Source: Octopus sinensis | Taxonomy: Eukaryota | Direction of reading: 5' to 3' | DNA length: 64,000 nt | Assembly: GCF_006345805.1 (NCBI RefSeq) | Contig: NW_021824832.1 | Span: 1 to 64,000 of the forward strand | In this document: positions 52,223 to 64,000 of the stretch, piece after piece | Layout: each line of letters opens with the position of its first letter | Numbering within the stretch: position 1 is the first letter of the stretch | Made by a program: the position numbers and the translations under genes | The notes under the pieces: model-generated | The model's database searches: none | What the model was told of the DNA's origin: nothing | What the model saw: only the letters and a program-made list of their open reading frames with translations

Positions 52223-52700
52223 TATAAAAAAAAGAGATGCTACAATTAAAGAAAACTATCAGAATCATAAATCTAAGCCTACTGAAATTCCCGGGTTCTT
52301 AACACAAGACTACCATGCAAAGCAGGTCTCATAATTCCTACAAAATACTTTAATGAGCTTTATGCTTATATTATAAAAATAAACAAGGATATTTCACATC
52401 ATGTTTCCCTGTTGACATCAAAATTATTTCATTATGGAAACCACAACTCTACCCGTGTTGGAATCCAGAGATTATCATATATTGAATTGCGTGGAATTAA
52501 AATATAATCTTGATTGCTAGTGAATAACTTTGATGGTTTGCTACTATGTCTGCTTTAATGGTTTGTTACTGTATAGAGTAACAAATAGACAACGATTGCA
52601 GTAGTGTTCGTGTATCTCGATCGTACACGTGGTCCTTTCGGAGGTGATTGTGATATGTTGACGTATACACATGAAATGTCTGATACATATTAACTTTCAG

Positions 52701-52721
52701 GCAGAATATTCGTATATACAC
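52701..52721 (+). other. Candidate 21-nt micro-exon (AEYSYIH, phase 0)
   Basis: catattaactttcag|GCAGAATATTCGTATATACAC|gtaagc. Confidence 0.33.
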
Positions 52722-54049
52722 GTAAGCATATTACGAATCACTTGCGGAGATAAGTCTAATATTCATTTCTGTTTTAGTTATTGATGCAGAGTGTTTATGT
52801 ATAATTTATGGTATGAGTTTTTCAAACTCTTGGTTAACAATGGATCAGATCTGATCGATAGATCTAAGTCGTGCCTCCCTGTTTGATTTAGATTTTTCCC
52901 TTCGTATATTCCTAACTTTAACTTCAAGATAGTTCTGTTGAGGAATTATGTTTTTGAAAAGAGTTGGTGATACATAATACAAATTAAATGTGTACCAACA
53001 CTGTCTAAGAGAGAAAACACTATATTATTAATATGTCTAAAAATTGTGACTCAATGTAAACATATAAACCATTATTTTCATCCTAAGTAGTGTTGATTTT
53101 ACTTTCATTTGTATGTAATTTACAACAAAAATATATAATTCCATTATATATATGCATATATTGCATATATACTTACAAAACAAAAGCATTTTACAAACAC
53201 ATATACATACTTAGATACCTACAAAACCAGCACATATATATACGCACAAAGACACAGGCATGTATACATATAAACAAGTATGTATGTATGTATATATGAA
53301 TGTATGTTTGTAAGTATGTTTGTAATTGTACGTACATAGAATTGATTTATTTCTCTTATGTATATCTGTATAACATTTCACCTTTAGAACAATCAACAGC
53401 AATAAGTGAAAGATAGAAACTCTAATCAATATGAAAAAATTGCTTTTAATTACAACATTAGTGAAACTATAAGTCTTTTCGTTTTGGACATAGTTTGTCT
53501 TCGACAACATTAACCAATGTGTTAATCCATTGTTCGAGATTGCATGATTTAATTTTTCGAAAATCTCGTCTGCAGTTTCTATTAAATCAAACGACTTTGG
53601 CTCATCGATTGATTGGAGCTATTAAATGAAACTACGTTGTCCAGTTCCATTCTACACATTTTAGACGAGTCTTTCTGGTCCCGTGGAAGATGAAACTAAA
53701 ACTATAACAGACATTGAAAATGTGTTTTCGAATAGATCTTTGCAAAAGAATTTGAGGCAGAAATATATTAGCATGCACTCGTGTAACAGCATACATCTTT
53801 ATATCGAATAATAAGGAATACATAAAATTCATGCCATCAAAAATGGTGGAAGTCTTGATATATTTGTGTTAACTTCAACCTGCAAAACAGAAGAGATTTG
53901 AATTGACACATATCTCAAGTTACTATGTATACCTCATTAGTTACAAAGATAATCTTGCGGGATTATTCAACTTAGAACTTTTAAGATAACCTTTGGTTGC
54001 ATCTCTGCACTAAAGTGATAATCCGACCGAATTAGGTTACAGTTTTAAA

Positions 54050-54304
54050 TCTTGCCTTTATCCCCTTTTCTCTTTCTACTTACAAACACTCATATAAATG
54101 TGACCTCGTGTGTACCGTTGGAGATTTTTTTTCCTCTATCTTCCCTTCTCTGGATCTTTCCTTCTCCTATGTTTCCGACGAAGAGCTCCTCTCGAAACGT
54201 TAGACCCTCCTTCTTTTCTTCTTTCCTGAGCGTCCAATAATACTATATTTGTTCCACGTCCTCGCGTTGTTGTGTTTTTTGTGTTTTCTTGTTTGGATTA
54301 ACTA

Positions 54305-54305
<1 letters not shown>
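54050..54305 (+). mobile_element. Probable Penelope-like terminal repeat fragment ending in (TA)n
   Basis: Contains a minimal hammerhead-like motif followed by a T-rich tail. The family call is an inference. Confidence 0.55.
54171..54205 (+). ncRNA. Minimal hammerhead-like motif with U4C change
   Basis: GTTT-CCGACGA-A-GAG(CTCCT)CTC-GAAAC-GT-T-AGAC: 4-bp stem I, 3-bp stem II and palindromic ACGT stem III. Confidence 0.6.
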
Positions 54306-54385
<80 letters not shown>

Positions 54386-56209
54386 GATTTGGCTGAATTT
54401 GATGGGTGAGCGTGTTGGCCCAATCAAGTGCGCATTGAGCCGTGTAAGCGTTGATTTGTGGGTTCGATTCTGGCCTGGGATAGCTCGTCATTTTTCAATC
54501 AATCGTTTAGATAAATGTCGCTTTAAGTCGGAGTATATATATTATTATTATTAGGATATATTATTAATTGTATAATTATATATATATATATATGAAATCT
54601 TTTGTAGTACAAAAGGAAATAAGACATCAAACATAGACCTATTTGCCATTATGCTTAGTCTGAGACAATATGAGGAAAGTTTTGGGAACGTATACTATAT
54701 ATCCTGTCAATATCATATTTTGTGATCCGAAGAAAAATGCTGAAATATCCTTACATAGAGATATGCACACATGAAGATTCACAAAATGTATTTGTGCAGC
54801 CTTATGCGTATGCATATGTGTGCATTGACATACACACACAAGCAAATACGTGCACATATTTTAATGCAGTAATACTGCAGAGTGTACAGGGCGAAATTGC
54901 AAATAATTTGTACCACATGGCGAATCGTATATTTTTAAGGGTTCGCAAAAATATACTATTATAAAATGAATTGGATTTCGGGAAATTATTCTCTTTCGAA
55001 GGTAACCTGATAGCGCTTACTGCACATGCCAGGGTATTTTATCGCACCGACTTCCATTCGCAGCATGCTATTCGAACGGAAACAAAGAGCAACTATAAGC
55101 CTCACGATTTATAATTATATGTACATCCAAATATTCACCCGTGTCCCAGTATAACCGCAGTCTCATGTCTGAGACATCATATAAGATATCCACTCTAGGA
55201 GGCCAAAATAAAACAAATACTATAAAAGTCTTCGATAACTAGTGAATATGTAATGTAAAACGCCTTGAACATCAGAATCACATCGTATATCCGATAAATC
55301 GTTGACACATTAGAAAATAACGCTAAACTGCAAGGGCATTTGCCCAACAGAGATCAGAAAATTTGCCAAAACCTTCCATAATCTAGACCTCGTATTAAGG
55401 AATTGCTGATGCTTTGAGAAGCACTTATTATGCAACGGCGAAACAACATCAACCGATTTGAACCATATATAAGCATACGCATATTATAATAATTTATTCT
55501 TGACTTTTTCCATCGATGCCCTTTCAGCTGTCATATTTTCTCCCCTTATCACTCACTAGTTTTATATATTTCCCTAAATATGCCAAACACTCTAATCGCC
55601 ACAGTTTGATCTCACTAATGACAACTAAACTCCATTAAACATAAATATATTTTCGGTCAGCTTAAATTTCAGATATATGCCTAGATTTTTCCATCGAGTT
55701 CAATACTACACCAGAAACGTTTGAAGAAAGCTATCATACAATTAATCCAATGTTTTCTGTACCTTACGGAATTAAGCATGGCCCGATTATCGTGATTGTG
55801 AAATCAGTCGCTGCAGTTTTATAATTAAACTCACGTTCTTCACATGTAAAATATACTTTTTCCATGAAAAATAAATTGAAAGTTGTGTTTGTGTGTCTTT
55901 ATGATATGCACTCACACACACACACACACACGCAAATGTATTATAAAAGCGTTCATAAATGTGTGGGTCTATGTTTACTGGCTTCGTATCCACTTCTGTA
56001 CGAATCTGCCAGTGTTTGTGTGTAGCGTAATGTGTATCGTTTAAATATATATTTATTAGCAAAAATTAACGAAAACACATAATAACATAAATATAACCTA
56101 CAACGAAGGCAGCGGTAAAAAACAGGAGCAATTATGGATTATATTTTTTTAAAAATGATAAAATATAGAAAGCAAAGAACAATAAAACACGCAAAATAGT
56201 GGAAGGAGA

Positions 56210-56410
56210 AAAGAAGAAGGAAGAGGAAACGGAGGAGGAGTGGAGGAGGGGAGAGAAAGGGAAGAAGACGACGACGACGACGACGACGAAGAAGAAGAAG
56301 AAGAAGAAGAAGAAGAAGAAGAAGAAGAAGAAGAAGAAGAAGAAGAAGAAGAAGAAGAAGAAGAAGAAGAAGAAGAAGAAGAAGAAGAAGAAGAAGAAGA
56401 AGAAGACAGC
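56210..56410. repeat. (GAG/GAC)n(GAA)n array
   Basis: Direct reading. Confidence 0.97.
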
Positions 56411-57339
56411 AACAACATCGAGCATGTCAGACTGTATAAATTATATAATGTGAGATAAGTGATATGGAATTGGGTTATCACATGTGCATATTTCTAAATT
56501 AACTGCCTGTTATCAGATTCTGTTGACATATCCTCAAGGTATATATATACGCGTGTGCACTAGCGTATCTCATTAGTGAAGGATATATCTTTAGATAAGA
56601 TATCATTTGGCTGAGCTGCTCACTTAATACTATCTCTCTCTCTCTCACTCTCCCTTTCCCTCTCTCTCTCTCTCTATCCCCTTGCATTTTTTTCTCTCCC
56701 TCCTCCCGTTATTTTCTCTGTCTCTCACTCTTCCTGGCTCTCTCATCGACTCACTCGCGCGCTATAGGCTTTTTCGAACAACGAAAAAGATGTCTGTCCA
56801 GAAATATCTGCGTTTACATAAATTCTACTTCCTTTCGCAGTCCTCTTTTTCTTGTTCTCTCTCTCTCTTTCTTTTTTGATCTGTTGCCGCTGCTGCTGCT
56901 GCTGCTGCTGTTGTTGTTGTTGATGATAAGTTGCCTTCGTATTGCGTTTTATTCTCTTCTTGATCTTCTTATACTGTTGCACTAAATTTTTTAACGTTCT
57001 TGTGTTTAATTTAAAGGTTTACATGCGTGTACGTATGTGTAAGGGTAGAATGCGTGTGAGGATGTATATGTACGCAGATGATCCTCCCCCCACCATATTT
57101 ATGTAACAAGTAAAATTCGCAAGGCATTTTTTTTTATATTTGGTATGAAGTGTTGTTAATTTTTTTAATATTTTCTGTATCAGAGAATTATTATTCAATG
57201 TTATACACGGTTACATCATAAAATATGGATAGTTTGCAACATCTAGTGCATGGGCTTGTTTGTTTGTGGATGCGTACATATAGACACGTTATGCGTGTAT
57301 AGAGAGGACAGATAGGAATATGTGTGTAAATACACAGAT

Positions 57340-57466
57340 ATACAGAAAACGAGAGAGAACGGCGAGAGAGACAGACAGAGACAAAGACACACTGAGAGAG
57401 ATAAAGAGAGAGAAAGAGAGACAGAGACAGAGAATGAGGGACAGGGTGAGAGAGGTAGGATATAGC

Positions 57467-57550
<84 letters not shown>

Positions 57551-57570
57551 GTGAGAGAGAGAGAGAGGTT
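57340..57570. repeat. (GA)n/(GACA)n/(TAGA)n array
   Basis: Direct reading. Confidence 0.92.
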
Positions 57571-57924
57571 AACAGACATATAAAAGAATAGTCTTATGAC
57601 GTAAAATAACTATCAACAAGAATATATATTTTGGAAATGAAGAAGATTTATAACGTTGCAAAAAAAAAATAGCTACTGCAAAACATTCCATAAATGTGCA
57701 ACAGACAATGACATAGTGAATATAGATTAAGCAACGTATATTAACGCTACATATATAAATATATAGCAGACAACGGTGTGAATCTACACATATGCGCGCG
57801 TGCACACAATCATACACATACCCACATGCATACATTTGGGACAGATAAGCCAATATATGTACCATCAATAGAGGTTAGCTGCCTTGCTGATGTAAATATC
57901 TCTTCGAAAATCAAAGAGCTTCAA

Positions 57925-58145
57925 GATTATCATCAGCATCAACATTAAGATCAGCTTAACTGACACAACCGTTCGTTGGGGTACCACTCGAGACGCTTTC
58001 ATAGTTAGCTGGCGCCACTGGTCTCCGTTCTCTGTCATGCGTAACAAGTTTGCTGTGTTGTGACCTGTCCAGTCTTCGACGTTATCAAACCAGGAATTTC
58101 TCTGTCTGCCTTACTTTCGCCCTCTCTCAACAGCGCCATGTTATA
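57925..58145 (-). mobile_element. RTE-clade LINE 3' end with decayed (GAT)n tail
   Basis: VERGRK*GRQRNSWFDNVEDWTGHNTANLLRMTENGDQWRQLTMKASRVVPQR follows the RTE C-terminal pattern G.R.RGR.R..W.D.V..WTG......R....R..WR. Confidence 0.75.
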
Positions 58146-58676
58146 AATTCACATTTAAACTAATAATAATTGTTGCACATAGTTTTTGTGAATAAATGCC
58201 AGAGTAATATTGCCTAAGGTTTTCAGGAGAGAACCCAAACGGCTAACATGCACATGACAAATTCAATCTTTAAGCGGAACAATAAAAATATATAACCCAT
58301 GTCTAAGTTCGAATATGGCATTGTTTCTATTATATACATTTTAGCGCTGGAGGTTTATATCTTTGTAAACCAGCTCCCTCCTTGCAAGAAGAAATCAAAC
58401 AATTATATACATATTTTAATTAGGAGCTATAAAACTTATTTAGAGGTTAATTATGCAATACTGTACGCTTCAAGAAATATGAACAACACGTCTATATATG
58501 CAACATATTTGTGGTCAGAATAAGAACGAATAGATAGATGTGCACATTTCTGTCTTGTTCGTGAAATCATTTGCAAATTCACGTCATTTCTGAATATTCA
58601 CGACCACACTAAATACAAAACTTCTGGTACCAAAGCATAAATTAAATTACGTAGACCAATTAAATTACATAAACCT

Positions 58677-59090
58677 GGCGCAGGCGTGGCTGTGTGGTAA
58701 GAAGATTGCTTCCCAACCATATGGTTCCGGTTTCAGTCCCACTACGTGAAACCACGGGCAAGTGACTTCAGCTCAGGCCTCAGGCCGACCAAAGCCTTGT
58801 GAGGGGATTTTGGTAGACGAAAAGCCCGTCGTATATATGTGTATATATATATACACACACACACATATATTCTTGTATATGTGTGTGTCTGTGTTTGTCC
58901 CTCCACCATCACTTGACAACAGATTTTGGTGTGTTTACGCCCCCGTTAGTTAATGGTTTGGCCAAATATTTGATAAAATTAGTACCAGGCTTAACAAATA
59001 AGTCCTAGGGTCAATTTGTTCAAACAAAACCCTTCAAGGTGGTGCTCCAGCATGGTTGTAGTCAAATGAGTGAAATGGGTAAAAGCATAA
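58677..59090 (+). mobile_element. SINE family B (full length)
   Basis: GGCGCAGGCGTGGCTGTGTGGTAAGAAG head through to the tail. Confidence 0.92.
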
Positions 59091-59100
59091 AGTCGGAGTC

Positions 59101-59447
59101 GGAGACCCCCTTCGGTCACGGATGGTAATGGGGTTGCACATAGAATGTTACTCTCCCAGTTACTCAACCTTGCCCAGTCCGGGCAAAGTTGTTTATGGAA
59201 GACCAGCAGTTGCCCATGCATACCAGCCTCCCCTCTCCATGCCACCAGTGTTATCCAAGGGAAAGACAAAGGTCGATACAGCTTGGCACAAGTGACGTTG
59301 CAACTCATTTCTACAGCTGAGTGAACTGGAGCAACGTGAAATAAGTGTCTTGCTCAAGAACACAACACGCAGCTCGGTCCGGGATTCGAGCTCACAACCT
59401 CACGATCGTAAGCTCGACGCTCTAACCACTGAGCCATGTGCCTTCAC
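59101..59447 (-). mobile_element. SINE family C (full length), tail-to-tail with SINE-B
   Basis: Matches 14038-14363. Confidence 0.92.
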
Positions 59448-59809
59448 ATGTTAGTGGTAGAAGAGATGTAATTCGAGCGATTTTATTATGATTGAAATTA
59501 ACGTAAATGATAAGTATTGATTTTTAAAATTCTAATTTTAACTAGTGTATTGACATTGTATACGATTAGAAGAAAACTTTGCACCTTCTAAGTAGGTTTT
59601 GAGGAAACAAAGAGGAAGATTAATTCCTCAATAATCGTTTATATGAAGGAGAAGCATGACAATTAAACAGAAGTAATTATATATTTATATAATAATGCCC
59701 AGCTATTGTTTTGAGGGGACAGTTCTAGTGATACGTTAGCTATTAATTAATAGTTGTTAATGACACAAATTATTAGAAAGTATTCATTCAGATTCTATAA
59801 CTATGATAC

Positions 59810-59985
<176 letters not shown>

Positions 59986-60551
59986 ACCCGTACACAGGTA
60001 TTCGTAGAGACGCATATGTGTAAGGTTGTGCGCGTTTCTGATATTATATCATTTCAATACTGAAGTAATTATTCAAGAATAAGCTTTATCATTGTTTAAA
60101 GGACAAGGAATTTGGATAGCAAGGATCGTTAGTACGTTAGACAGAAAAATTTAGAGTGGTTGTTCTGCTCTTTAAACTCTGTGTTCAAGTCTCGACGTGA
60201 TCATCTTCTCTTTCATTCTTCCGGGTCAGTATTACCAGACAATTATTGGTAAGAAATGACCATTATACCTTACAAACGGTAAAATCATCAGGTACGATGT
60301 GAAGCGCAGCGGTTTTCTTGCATCAACTTGTAATGCATCTAATCTTCTGGGCGTATTGGTTGGTCCAAGCATTTCGAGAAACACATTCTCACTCAAGCGA
60401 TCCAACAGCAGAACGAGGGATAAAGTCCTGATTTACGCTCCAGTAGTACAAACGTATTTGGTGCTACGCCATCCATGGCTCATTTGTCGTGATTCATAGC
60501 TCTTTCAAGTAATACATACTGCCAGAGTAGCTAAATTTTTTTATTAATTTG

Positions 60552-60608
<57 letters not shown>

Positions 60609-61578
60609 AGATTAGAGAAAAACCACTATGTAATTCAAACAATGATAGACATAAACCATATCATATAGAAAAAATAAAACATATAAAACGTATAACTAGA
60701 TCACAAAAAATACAAAAAAATAAATAAACAATATATAATAAGTAAAAGACTACGTACGTTTCGTGGCTATAACTTCAATTCGAATGACAATTAAATTTAA
60801 ATATAATCGAAAAACAATTCAATTCTACTTATATATTGTTTAGTAATTTGTTCAAACCTCTAAGCCACACACCTTCACTTCCTTGGGCAAATAATTTGAA
60901 GAAAAATTAGCATTATCTCTCTATAGTATCCTGGAGGGAGGCAAATGTCAGAACAAAAACCTCAATGTATATTCAACGCTACTGTTATAAACTTAGCATA
61001 TCCGTCATGCTGGATTTTATTCTATCTATACCGAAAGGATTGGTTGTAAATTTGTTCTAGGTGGGATTTTAAGTCAAAGCGCGTGGAAAAGGAACAAACA
61101 GCAATAGGCATTCGATCCAAAGTGCCATCAAAAATCAATATCGCCGACAGCTCTCGAAATGAAATCTCAAAACGTCAGTAAGGAAATGTTAAATGCAACA
61201 AAAAGGAAACACTTAAGAACAAACCATTTTCGATAAATATTAACATTTGAATTTTCCACATGAATTTATAAATTTTTACATAATTGTACTTTTTCTCCCT
61301 CACAATTGTGTTGGTTTAATCTGTTTAATTACATAGGCATGTAGATATATAAAACACACACATACGCACACACACACACACCACACACACACATACATAG
61401 ACATACACACACACACACACATATAGAGAGATGGATGGATAGATATATAAATACATATGAGTGTGTATGTGTGTGTACATGTGTGTATGTTTCTATATAT
61501 GTATCTATGTACCTATCTATCTCCATATATATATATATATGTGTGTGTGTGTATGTGTATACATATATATATACATAT

Positions 61579-61634
<56 letters not shown>

Positions 61635-62835
61635 ATCTTATGTCATGGTAGGGTAATGACTCATTAAATATGTGTTAAAGAATTTCCTTTTCTTATTGGG
61701 ATTATATATATATGTATATGTATGAAGGTATGAATATAAGTGTATGCATGCACGCTTGCATGTATGTATGTATGTTTTTATGTACGTGTATATGTATGTA
61801 CATATATATGTATTTCATGCACGCACGTATGTAAATACGCATTTATGTATTCACAACATAAATCCAATTTATAATGAAACTTAACCTACTGCTGAGTTGA
61901 CCTTCCCGCACTTAGACATCATCCATCCTCTTGTAACAATAGGTAATGAAGAATCCTTATAAATTCTCCCTTTAAATAATATATTCATGCATATTTCTAC
62001 AATATTATTGGAAATAAAGTCCTTAGCAAATTACATGCTTCTTAAGATGGGAATAACCATCTCAATTAATAGCTATTGAATCTCAGTAACATCACTTCCA
62101 AAACAATCATTTAATATTATTATATTGAAATATTAAATAGGGATAATTATGCATGTATATAATAATACTAAATAATTATCCGTACGATCAGTAATCTTTT
62201 TCATGATTCTGTGGCATCAAAATCAACGCATTACGCACATTTTTTTAAATTTTTAATCGTAGATGTAAACAGTCTCGTTAAAATTTGGATGTCTTAAATC
62301 CTAGTCATTCCGTTTTTTTTTTCTTTTTACTTTGGATTCATTCATAACATCATTTGTAATATTACTTGACTAATTCCAATCTCAATATTAAATTAAAAGG
62401 CATTCATTCATTATTTACTTATACGTACCAAGTCACTTGCGCTGCATCTATTCGAGTAACATACCTTTCAACGGTCTAAATTTCAGAGAAACGAAATTAC
62501 CTGGAAGGCTATAGTTGTTTATGTACACTAGTGAACTTAGCTGATACTTTATTTGAACGACTCAAGAATAATGAAAGACGGGATTAAATTCGGCAGCGTT
62601 TTAGCTTGTTTTAAACTGCCGCGATTAAACATCACATAAAAATTTTGTTCGATACACCGTACATTAGCTGTCTAATATTATAAAACACTACGGACCTACG
62701 AACATACTAAGACTCCAGAAATTCCCAAAGCAATAAATATGAAGACATAATTTTGTATATATTCCATCCATCAAATTTATTTTTAATTCTTAAATTTTGG
62801 TAAGATTTTTATAACATTTTCGCTTTCTTCTTAAG

Positions 62836-62857
62836 CTGTTTGCTGTGGCTCTTCGAG
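62836..62857 (+). other. Candidate 22-nt micro-exon (LFAVALR, phase 0 to 1)
   Basis: ataacattttcgctttcttcttaag|CTGTTTGCTGTGGCTCTTCGAG|gtgagt. Confidence 0.35.
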
Positions 62858-62867
62858 GTGAGTTTCT

Positions 62868-63096
62868 TATTTCTTTACTGCCAAAGGTCTACACACAGAG
62901 GGAATAAACAAAGACAGACAAACGGATTAAGTCGATTATATCCACCCCAATGCATAACTGGTACTTATTTAATCGATCCCGAAAGGATTAATGACAAAGT
63001 CGACCTCGGCGGAATTTGAACTCAGAACGTAGCGGCAACGAAATCCCACTAAGCATTTCGCCCGGCGTGCTAACGTTTCTGCCAGCTCACCGCCTT
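62868..63096 (-). mobile_element. SINE family A (full length)
   Basis: Matches the other A copies. Confidence 0.92.
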
Positions 63097-63107
63097 GTTA
63101 TTGCTGC

Positions 63108-63496
63108 TTTCTTCTTCTTTTCTTCTTCTTCTTCTTCTTCTTCTTCTTCTTCTTCTTCTTCTTCTTCTTCTTCTTCTTCTTCTTCTTCAATTAGGACTCA
63201 CGCCATTAGCCACAAAGAATAATCTCTAATTCGAGCCTACTCTAAGCTAAGAATGCGTGTGGCAACTTGAAGATCCACCCACCACACGTGATAGACTGGC
63301 GATTGTACGGCCGCGAAAGCTACGTTGTTATCCTCATTCCGTAAACAGTGGATTTTAACGGGTGGAGAGTTGAACCGCCGAGGCCTCGTAGAGCTCAGGT
63401 GTTTTTGTTCAATAAACACTCCCGGTCTGGGAATCGAAATCGCGTTCTTACGACCGCGAGTCTCCTGCCCTAAACATTGGGCCATTAGTCCTCCAC
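63108..63496 (-). mobile_element. SINE with family-D head but different body and a (GAA)n tail (D')
   Basis: The first ~125 nt align to 48610-48740. The remainder does not align, and it ends in (GAA)n at 63108-63188. Confidence 0.8.
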
Positions 63497-64000
63497 AGCC
63501 TGCTGCAGTTGCCACCGCTGCCTCTTCAGGGGTTGTTGTTGCTGATATTCCTGCTCATGCTGTGCTACTGTTCTGGTGTTGTTCTGGTCTTTTAGAACCA
63601 ACGTAGACTATGTAGGCAAGATTTTACGATAAAAACATATCCACCATATTACTTTCAAAGCATATCTTTTAAAACAGGTTAATGTGATAAATTATCAAAT
63701 GTTCCGCATTAAAACAATACAGTAGGGTTTGATTACGCTGCTACTGTATCTAACAAGTCAAGTAACCACGAACAGAATATCTCGTCGGCTCATTGTCATC
63801 ATTATTGCTATATTTTGTCTCTTTAATTATAGTTACAAAATATGATATTTTGTTATAAGACTGCTTCAATATTCACCACCAATATCCGATTAGTTAATTA
63901 GTTACTTGTTTAACTATAAAATAAGAAGTGAAATAGAACCAGTGGATGTGTTTCTGTTAACACAATGAACGTCCCAAGATAAAAAAAAATTGTTTTAGAA

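Noticed and set aside
55385-55445. CTGATGC...GGCGAAAC hammerhead-like spacing
   Set aside because: Core mismatch and no stem II or stem I pairing.
41421-56538. Other plus-strand exon look-alikes (41421-41430, 50504-50529, 56517-56538; also 1386-1415 and 34327-34354)
   Set aside because: Weaker acceptor or donor, or phases incompatible with neighbours.
60295-60500. GC-richer segment with a 66-aa ORF
   Set aside because: No recognisable motif in any frame; probably an old repeat.

Overview
AT-rich, microsatellite-saturated animal genomic DNA. The SINE families and simple-repeat load point to an octopus (coleoid cephalopod), which is an inference. I found no intact protein-coding gene; nearly all ORFs in the supplied track are translated microsatellites. 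Recognisable content is mostly mobile DNA: a 5'-truncated Tx1/L1-clade LINE and a second 3' end, both embedded in (TAGA)n; three restriction-like-endonuclease LINE remnants (two R4/Dong-like, one CRE-like); an RTE 3' end; mariner, maT and pogo-like remnants; a non-autonomous Helitron; and about 30 copies of four tRNA-derived SINE families (labelled A-D here). There are three main leads. (1) At least four different minimal, Penelope-type hammerhead ribozyme motifs, several in inverted-repeat structures, one with an apparent C3-G8 to U3-A8 core covariation. (2) An apparent (TATC)n-targeting Tx1 element. (3) A speculative chain of frame-preserving 12-22 nt plus-strand micro-exon candidates over 39.7-62.9 kb that join into a stop-free peptide (LILAVRDELFNVVKAEYSYIHLFAVALR). 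All calls were made by eye; boundaries of decayed elements are approximate.
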